DNA of 64,000 nucleotides from an uncultured Acidobacteriaceae bacterium (GTDB lineage Bacteria; Acidobacteriota; Terriglobia; Terriglobales; Acidobacteriaceae). The number at the start of each line of letters is the position of its first letter. Within the stretch, counting starts at the first letter, position 1. The notes beneath the pieces were generated by a model that saw only the letters and a program-made list of their open reading frames with translations, was not told the DNA's origin and ran no database searches. Positions 57,502 to 64,000 of this stretch are shown here, piece by piece. Location of the stretch: assembly GCA_963804735.1 (NCBI GenBank), contig CAWDRO010000014.1, positions 110,252 to 174,251 of the forward strand. The letters run 5' to 3'. Made by a program: the position numbers and the translations under genes.

Positions 57502-57537
57502 CCCGCATCCCAACGGCAGAGATGTGGGGCGCCCGGC
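57502..57537 (+). repeat. Degenerate REP family A copy (...GAGATGTGGGGCGCCCGGC)
   Basis: 3' arm identical to the R1/R2 core. Confidence 0.7.
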
Positions 57538-57569
57538 CGCTGGTAACGTAATGACGAGAGGCGTGGAAA

Positions 57570-57929
57570 ATGGGTCTGCGTTTTCAGGGGAACGATGAAG
57601 TCGATCGGCAAGCAAAAGAGGAGCGGGCAACTTGGGTTTGGGTGTTCCTCATTGTGCTTCTCGGCGCGGTCTCTGGCGCTGTGGACTGGTTCACTGGCAA
57701 AAGTCTCGCTTCCTATAAAGACGAACTTGGGTTCTACATCGTGTTTGGATTTCTGTCCTGGCTCCTCTCACCGTTCTATTATGAGTTTCGGATTCGGTCG
57801 AAAGAAATCGATGGCAAGGTGTCTGCGATTGAGAAGGCTGTTACGTCCGCAGAGGAAGGTCGGGTAGAGCTATTACAGCGGTTAGCCGTGATTGAGGCCA
57901 AGCTGGATGAAATCCAACGAGACGCCTAG
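57570..57929 (+). CDS. Hypothetical 2-TM membrane protein with C-terminal coiled coil
   Basis: Two hydrophobic segments; heptad-like tail; start uncertain. Confidence 0.6.
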   Translation: MGLRFQGNDEVDRQAKEERATWVWVFLIVLLGAVSGAVDWFTGKSLASYKDELGFYIVFGFLSWLLSPFYYEFRIRSKEIDGKVSAIEKAVTSAEEGRVELLQRLAVIEAKLDEIQRDA

Positions 57930-58047
57930 GCGCACTCGTGACATAGGTTTAGGCGGCCCACATCTCATTTTTCCATAACAGCTGCGTGTGCCCCATGTCC
58001 CCTTGCCTGTGGAGCAGGATTTGGGCGGTGCACGGGTTAGAGCGGAA

Positions 58048-58521
58048 TCACTTCCTGAACAGATTCTTGATTGCAGATGATCGCCGATGACGTCGAATCC
58101 ACTGTCCGCTCATTTCTTGGAAAAGGTACATCAACAACCTGCGTTGTGCTTCGCTGAAATGTTCGAAATAGTAACTCGTACTGCCGAAAACGTTTTGGCC
58201 GAGGAGTTTTTTTGAGATGAATTTCAGTTCCCACTCCAATTCTAGCGGTGTGGTCGCGCCTCTCCATTTAAGCATTTGGCCCTCCTGACGACAGAGGGCG
58301 GCGTACTCTACCTCGTACGCCATTCGCATATCTTGCTCTTCGGCCTGCTTGGCTTGCTGTTCCCTTCGCTTCCATACTTTGCACCCATCGCACAGGGCGC
58401 TCTTGGGACCAACCTTTCGTTGGCGATCATCGCAGCCACACCATTCACACCTGGGCCTATTCTCTATCGCGTCTAGCAGACGATTGAGCGGTCCTTCGAA
58501 ATCTTTAGTAGTGATTGACAT
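58048..58521 (-). CDS. Hypothetical protein with two CxxC motifs
   Basis: CEWC...CDGC; starts 34 nt after the secA stop; lower GC. Confidence 0.55.
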   Translation of the reverse strand: MSITTKDFEGPLNRLLDAIENRPRCEWCGCDDRQRKVGPKSALCDGCKVWKRREQQAKQAEEQDMRMAYEVEYAALCRQEGQMLKWRGATTPLELEWELKFISKKLLGQNVFGSTSYYFEHFSEAQRRLLMYLFQEMSGQWIRRHRRSSAIKNLFRK

Positions 58522-58554
58522 ATCGGTATGGGGGTGGGGTCTAACTTGGCTAGC

Positions 58555-61545
58555 TCACCCCTCAGCCCCGTGGCACTTCTTATATTTCTTGCCGGAGCCG
58601 CATGGGCATGGGTCGTTGCGTCCGACTTTGTCTCCGGTGCGGCGTTGGGCTACTTCCTGAGCGCCGTTGCTTCCGGCCATTCTTGCCTGATCGAGTTCGC
58701 GCTTTTTCTTGCGCTGGAACTCGGCTTCGATCTGGTCGATGGTGGTTGAGGGCTGCCGGGTGGGAATCGGTACTGGGGCGCGAACTGGTTCGGCTGGCCT
58801 TTCAGCGACTGCTACCGCTCCGCCTTCTTCTTGCAGCTGTGGGTGGGTCGCGGTGCCCTGAACGGGCGGGCGCGGGCGGATGGAGACGGGCACGGGTTGG
58901 CCGTCGGGGCCGATGATTTGCATTAAGAACAGGAAGCGGACGGTGTCTTCCTGGAAGCGGTTCATCATGGCTTCGAACATGTCGAAGGACTCGCGCTTGT
59001 AGGCGACGAGCGGATCTTGCTGGGCGTAGCCGCGGAGGCCGATGCCTTCCTTGAGATGGTCCATCGAGAGCAGGTGGTCTTTCCACAGGCCGTCGAGGAC
59101 GGAGAGCATGATCATGCGCTCGTGGTAGCGCATCGCCGGTTCGCCGATGATGGTTTCTTTGGCTGCGTAGTGTTCCTTGAGCTTCTCAAAGAGGGTCTCG
59201 CCGAGCTCGTGGCGATTCATTTCGGAGATGTCGATGCCTTCGGCTTCGAGGTTCAGGCCGAACTGCTCGGTCAGGCGCTTCTTGATGCCGTCGATGTCCC
59301 ACTGGTCGGGATGGATTTTCTCGGGCGCGAATTCGTCGAGCATCGCGCTGAGCAGGTTCGAAACGTAGTCGTCGGCGATGAGCTCTTTCTGGTCGAGGCC
59401 TTTAAGCAGCTGGTTGCGCAGGCCGTAGACGGCTTCGCGCTGCTTGTTCATGACGTCGTCGTATTCGAGCAGGTGCTTGCGGGATTCGAAGTTCTGCGAC
59501 TCGACCTGCTTCTGCGCTTCCTCGATGCGGCCGGAGATCATCTTCGACTCGATGGGCACGCCCTCTTCCATGCCGAGGCGCTGGAGCATGCCTGAGACCC
59601 ACGGCTTGGCGAAGATGCGCATAAGGTCGTCTTCGAGCGAGAGATAGAAGCGCGAAGAGCCGGGGTCACCCTGACGGCCGGCGCGTCCGCGGAGCTGGTT
59701 GTCGATGCGGCGGCTCTCGTGACGTTCGGTGCCAAGGATGTGGAGGCCTCCGGCTTCGATCACCTCGTCATGGTCTTTGGCGGCGCTGGCGGCGTGGATG
59801 GCGAAGGTCTTGTCCCAATTTTGCTGGTCAGTCTCGAATTCCTGGCCCTCGTAATAGAAGCGCAGCAGACCAGCCGCGGCCATGGGATTGATGGCGCCCT
59901 CGGCGGCGCTGATGGGGCGGGCAAGGTTCTTCTTGACGAGATCGCGCTTGGTGACGAATTCGGGGTTGCCACCGAGGAGAATGTCGGTGCCGCGGCCGGC
60001 CATGTTGGTGGCGATGGTGACCTTGGCGAGCTGTCCAGCCTGGGCGACGATCTCGGCCTCGCGCTCGTGGAACTTGGCGTTGAGCACGACGTGTTTGACG
60101 CCTTTGCGCTGAAGGATGTTGGATAGCAGTTCGGACTTCTCGATCGAGGTGGTGCCGACCAGTACCGGTTGCTTGACTTCGTTGAGCTTCTCGATTTCGT
60201 CGGCGACGGCGAAGTACTTTTCTTTCGCGGTGCGGAAGACGACGTCGGGGTTCTCGAGGCGGCGCATCGGCTTGTTGGTGGGGATGACGACGATGTCGAG
60301 CTTGTAGATCTTGTCGAACTCGGCGGCCTCGGTCTCGGCGGTTCCGGTCATGCCGGCGAGCTTTTTGTAGAGGCGGAAATAGTTCTGGAAGGTGATGGTG
60401 GCGAGGGTCTGATCTTCCTTGCGGATGTTGACGCCTTCTTTGGCCTCGACGGCTTGGTGAAGGCCATCAGACCAACGGCGGCCGGGCATGAGGCGTCCGG
60501 TGAACTCGTCGACGATGATGACTTCGCCATCCTTGACGACGTATTGCACGTCGCGACGGTAGAGCGAGTGGGCCTTGATGGCGGTTTCGACGTGGTGCTT
60601 GAGATCCCAGTTTTCGACATCGGCGATGTTGCCGATGCCAAGCAAGCCTTCGACTTTTTCCCAGCCGTCGTCGGTGACGGTGATGGCCTTGTGCTTTTCA
60701 TCGACGACGTAGTCTTCGGTGAGGATCTTGGTCTCGCCCTGCTCGATTTCTTCGCCGAGCACGAGCTTGGGAATGATCTGATTCGCGCGGAGATACTTGT
60801 CGGTGGTCTGGTCGGTGGGGCCGCTGATGATGAGCGGAGTACGGGCCTCGTCGATGAGAATGGAGTCAACTTCGTCGACGATAGCGAAGTAGTGGCCGCG
60901 CTGGACACAGTCCTTGATGTCGAACTTCATGTTGTCGCGGAGGTAGTCGAAGCCGAACTCGTTATTGGTGCCGTAGGTGATGTCGGAGGCGTAGGCCTGG
61001 CGGCGCTGGTTGTCGTCGAGGTCGTGGACGATGACGCCGACGGTGAGGCCGAGGAACTCGTAGATCTTGCCCATCCACTCGGCGTCGCGCTTGGCGAGGT
61101 AGTCGTTGACGGTGACGACGTGGACGCCGTGGCCGGCGAGGGCGTTGAGATAGCAGGCGAGGGTGGCGACGAGGGTCTTGCCCTCGCCGGTACGCATTTC
61201 GGCGATCTTGCCCTGGTGCAGCACTGTGCCGCCGATCAGCTGGACGTCGAAGTGGCGCATGTTGACGATGCGCTTGCCTGCCTCGCGGACGACGGCGAAG
61301 GCCTCGGGGAGGAGTTCGTCGAGGGCGGCCTTTTCGGCGGCGACGAACTCCTCTTCGTCGGTCAGACCCTCGAGTTGGACCTGAATGCGGGCCTTGAAGT
61401 CCACGGTCTTGGCGCGAAGTTCTTCATCGGTAAGCTTCTGCAGTTCCGGCTCGAAGGCGCGGATGGTCTCGACGAGCGGGAGCAGGCGCTTCACGGCGCG
61501 GTCATTGCTGGTGCCGAAGACCTTGGCGAGTGTTTTTTGGATCAC
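58555..61545 (-). CDS. secA: Preprotein translocase subunit SecA
   Basis: [50 protein letters not shown] and C-terminal [19 protein letters not shown]. Confidence 0.99.
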   Translation of the reverse strand: MIQKTLAKVFGTSNDRAVKRLLPLVETIRAFEPELQKLTDEELRAKTVDFKARIQVQLEGLTDEEEFVAAEKAALDELLPEAFAVVREAGKRIVNMRHFDVQLIGGTVLHQGKIAEMRTGEGKTLVATLACYLNALAGHGVHVVTVNDYLAKRDAEWMGKIYEFLGLTVGVIVHDLDDNQRRQAYASDITYGTNNEFGFDYLRDNMKFDIKDCVQRGHYFAIVDEVDSILIDEARTPLIISGPTDQTTDKYLRANQIIPKLVLGEEIEQGETKILTEDYVVDEKHKAITVTDDGWEKVEGLLGIGNIADVENWDLKHHVETAIKAHSLYRRDVQYVVKDGEVIIVDEFTGRLMPGRRWSDGLHQAVEAKEGVNIRKEDQTLATITFQNYFRLYKKLAGMTGTAETEAAEFDKIYKLDIVVIPTNKPMRRLENPDVVFRTAKEKYFAVADEIEKLNEVKQPVLVGTTSIEKSELLSNILQRKGVKHVVLNAKFHEREAEIVAQAGQLAKVTIATNMAGRGTDILLGGNPEFVTKRDLVKKNLARPISAAEGAINPMAAAGLLRFYYEGQEFETDQQNWDKTFAIHAASAAKDHDEVIEAGGLHILGTERHESRRIDNQLRGRAGRQGDPGSSRFYLSLEDDLMRIFAKPWVSGMLQRLGMEEGVPIESKMISGRIEEAQKQVESQNFESRKHLLEYDDVMNKQREAVYGLRNQLLKGLDQKELIADDYVSNLLSAMLDEFAPEKIHPDQWDIDGIKKRLTEQFGLNLEAEGIDISEMNRHELGETLFEKLKEHYAAKETIIGEPAMRYHERMIMLSVLDGLWKDHLLSMDHLKEGIGLRGYAQQDPLVAYKRESFDMFEAMMNRFQEDTVRFLFLMQIIGPDGQPVPVSIRPRPPVQGTATHPQLQEEGGAVAVAERPAEPVRAPVPIPTRQPSTTIDQIEAEFQRKKKRELDQARMAGSNGAQEVAQRRTGDKVGRNDPCPCGSGKKYKKCHGAEG

Positions 61546-61945
61546 GTGAGTACTTCCTTAGGCTGCGCTTGCAGCCATTTGCGCACAGTCAGCGCGGACA
61601 AACACTGTCTCCTATAGTTTAGTCGAGTCTGCGAAGGGACGCGAGGTTAGGGTGGTGGGGAAAGCGGCCAAGCTCCGGGAGTTCTCATTTTCGCTGTTTC
61701 TTAAGATTGTCGATGTGGGCGTCGTGTCGCACCGAGAGTGCAGGGGTTTCGTGGGGTGCGGCGTTTCGTGCCAGGCGAGCGTCCGAAAGCGCACACCGTT
61801 TTCGGATTTCGGACGATCTCGTCTCAGCATCCTCTGTGCAAGCTATAGTAACCGTGAAGTTTAATCCAAATTTTCGTTGGTGGAGGAATTGCTGGTATTT
61901 CCCTCTACGGGCTGCCGGGTTCTGCCGGGCCTGGATGAGGTGCAT

Positions 61946-64000
61946 GTGAGAGCTTTGCTGCGAAATCTCCGTTTCAGCCTGCGGATGTTGCGTAAGAATT
62001 CCGGCCTGACCATCGCGGTGTTGGCGACCATGGCTCTTGGCATCGGAGCGACGACGGCCATTTATACCGTGGTTTACCAGACGCTGATTGCGCCCTTGCC
62101 ATATGCGCAGCCCGACCAGTTGGTGATGGTGTGGTCGAAGCCGGGCGACGGAAGAAATTCCATCTCTGCAGGAGATTTTCTTGATTGGAAGCAGCAGAAC
62201 AAGAGCTTCCAGGACATTGTCGCCTCGACAGGGGCCAGCTTCAATCTTTCGACGCACGACCAGCCTGAACAAGTGGATGGCAGACGGGCAACGCCCGGTT
62301 TCTTCAAGCTGTTTGGGATTCCGCTCTTCATGGGCCGGGATTTTTTGCCGGAAGAAGGTATTCCGGGCAGAGATCACGAAGTCATCATGACTTACAAGAT
62401 ATGGAACCGGCTGGGTGCGGACCGAAACATTCTTGGCAAAACGCTGCAAATCGATGGGTCGCCGTATACCGTCGTCGGGGTTACGCCTGCCGGAGTCTGG
62501 GACAACTATGGGACCGAGCTGACCGTCCCGCTGGCCTTTCGTCCAGAACAGATCAATCACGACTATCACTGGATGATCGCGATGGCCCGGCTTAAACCCG
62601 GGGTGACAATAGCCCAGGCTCAAGCCGACATGGAGTCGGTGGCCGCTCACGTCGCGGCAGCTTATCCCAAATCGAACAAAGGCTGGGGGGCTTCGGTTGA
62701 GCCGTTGAAAGATGACTTTGTTTCTCCTGATACCATCCGGAATCTCTGGCTTCTGCTGGGGGCGGTCGGATTTGTCTTGCTCATCACTTGCGTCAATATC
62801 GCAAACCTGCTGTTGGCAAAGGGCGCGTCGCGGCAACGTGAGGTCGCGATACGGGGATCGATGGGCGCGACCCGCAGGCAGATATTTGGCCAGATACTGA
62901 CGGAGAGCCTGGTTCTTGCGGTGCTGGGAGGCGGTCTTGGCGTGCTGCTCGGAGCAGCGCTGCTGCGGGGCATCAATATAGTGCTGCCTGAGAATTCTCT
63001 TCTTCCTGCGGAGGTGAATCTTTCCCTTGATTTGCCGGTTCTCTTAGCTGCCCTGGCCGCCACGACTTTAGCGGGACTGCTCTTTGGATGTGCTCCGGCT
63101 TGGTATGCCTCGCGCATCGATCCGGCGGAGGCGCTCAAGGAGGGCGGAAGGTCAGGAGCAAGCTCGGGGAGCCAGAACTTGCGGCGCACCCTGGTTGTGG
63201 GCGAGTTCGCTCTGGCACTGGCGTTGCTTGCCGGCGCGGGCCTCACCATCCATAGCTTCTGGAACCTGACTCGAGTCGACCTTGGCGTGCGCACCGACCA
63301 TGTGCTGACCTTTGGCCTGAATCAGCCGCGCGGAAAGCTTGCCACCGGCGAAGAGATGGACAGCTATTATCGCCAGATTCTCGCTGCGTTGAAGTCCACT
63401 CCGGGAGTCGATCATGCTGCGGTTGTCACCGGGATGCCGCTACAGTACCACAGCGATGGTATGGGATTTACGGTTGTCGGGGAGCAGAAGTACACCGAAC
63501 CATCGCAGCGCCCCGATGCCGGCTTCGACGGGGTGACACCGGATTACTTCAAGACATTTGGGGTACAGCTCGTGCGCGGAAGGGAATTTAACGACCAGGA
63601 CACCGCGACGAGTTTGCGAGTGGCGATTGTCAACGAGGAACTGGTTCGGCACTATCTGAAGGGAACTGACCCCTTAAAACAACGACTCAGCATCGACCAG
63701 ATCATCCCCGGAGTTGAGAAGACTGGTCCGCCAGTGGAATGGCAGATTGTGGGTGTTTCTCACAATGTCCGTTATGACTTCCGGCAGGATAGTCCGCAGG
63801 TTATTGTGCCCTTTTCGCAGTCGCCACTGCCAAGCGTAAATATTGGAGTCAGAACAGCGGAAGATCCGGCGGCCATGACCAAGACAATCGCCGCAGCCGT
63901 GCACTCGGTCGATGCTCAGATTGCATTAGCCACACCTCGCACGCTCGATGAAGTCAAAGATCACGTGCTTGCGGGAGACCGCTTTGCGATGGCCCTCTTC
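61946..64000 (+). CDS. ADOP / MacB-like ABC permease, 3'-truncated by window edge (absent from the ORF track)
   Basis: GAGG RBS; GTG 61946 gives MRALLRNLRFSLRMLRKNSGLTIAVLATMALGIGATTAIY...LLITCVNIANLLLAKGASRQREVAIRGSMGA..., running to the window end (...AGDRFAMALF). Confidence 0.9.
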   Translation, partial: MRALLRNLRFSLRMLRKNSGLTIAVLATMALGIGATTAIYTVVYQTLIAPLPYAQPDQLVMVWSKPGDGRNSISAGDFLDWKQQNKSFQDIVASTGASFNLSTHDQPEQVDGRRATPGFFKLFGIPLFMGRDFLPEEGIPGRDHEVIMTYKIWNRLGADRNILGKTLQIDGSPYTVVGVTPAGVWDNYGTELTVPLAFRPEQINHDYHWMIAMARLKPGVTIAQAQADMESVAAHVAAAYPKSNKGWGASVEPLKDDFVSPDTIRNLWLLLGAVGFVLLITCVNIANLLLAKGASRQREVAIRGSMGATRRQIFGQILTESLVLAVLGGGLGVLLGAALLRGINIVLPENSLLPAEVNLSLDLPVLLAALAATTLAGLLFGCAPAWYASRIDPAEALKEGGRSGASSGSQNLRRTLVVGEFALALALLAGAGLTIHSFWNLTRVDLGVRTDHVLTFGLNQPRGKLATGEEMDSYYRQILAALKSTPGVDHAAVVTGMPLQYHSDGMGFTVVGEQKYTEPSQRPDAGFDGVTPDYFKTFGVQLVRGREFNDQDTATSLRVAIVNEELVRHYLKGTDPLKQRLSIDQIIPGVEKTGPPVEWQIVGVSHNVRYDFRQDSPQVIVPFSQSPLPSVNIGVRTAEDPAAMTKTIAAAVHSVDAQIALATPRTLDEVKDHVLAGDRFAMALF

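Noticed and set aside
61750-61780. Sigma54 promoter (TGGCACG on the minus strand) suggested by the NtrC regulator; a similar candidate lies near 3225
   Set aside because: GG-to-GC spacing is not the required -24/-12 distance (11 and 8 intervening nt instead of 10).
1-64000. tRNA, rRNA, tmRNA, integrase or transposase genes
   Set aside because: None were recognised on either strand by eye; tRNAscan-SE, Infernal and ISEScan would be decisive.

Overview
GC-rich bacterial chromosomal window, most likely Acidobacteriaceae/Terriglobia. This is inferred from three ADOP-type (MacB-like) permeases, an acidobacterial-type padR, a VWFA protein and abundant REP-like palindromes. The backbone is housekeeping and envelope genes: mlaD, M13 and M20 peptidases, sppA, ihfB, pgeF, GH27, an NtrC/HK pair, nadK, tlyA, an ECF sigma/anti-sigma pair, aroF, an MsrPQ-like pair and secA. 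No rRNA, tRNA, CRISPR array, integrase, transposase or reverse transcriptase was recognised. The most unusual part is the accessory segment at about 30.8-39.6 kb. It holds (i) a toxin-antitoxin pair; (ii) a low-GC DGQHR/DndB-like + unknown-protein operon with a palindromic operator region, a candidate defence module; (iii) a mosaic of REP elements carrying three displaced, synonymously diverged copies of the 3' end of the YVTN gene that lies 4-5 kb away, all ending at nearly the same breakpoint; and (iv) a USP-Zn-finger-Crp-USP module with tandem CRP boxes 22 bp apart. Also notable are three tandem beta-propeller lipoproteins, each with its own conserved promoter and leader, a radical-SAM/glycosyltransferase operon of unknown product, a REP-bounded vapC remnant and two single-base frameshifts. 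Start codons, alignments and counts were worked out by hand; no database searches were run.
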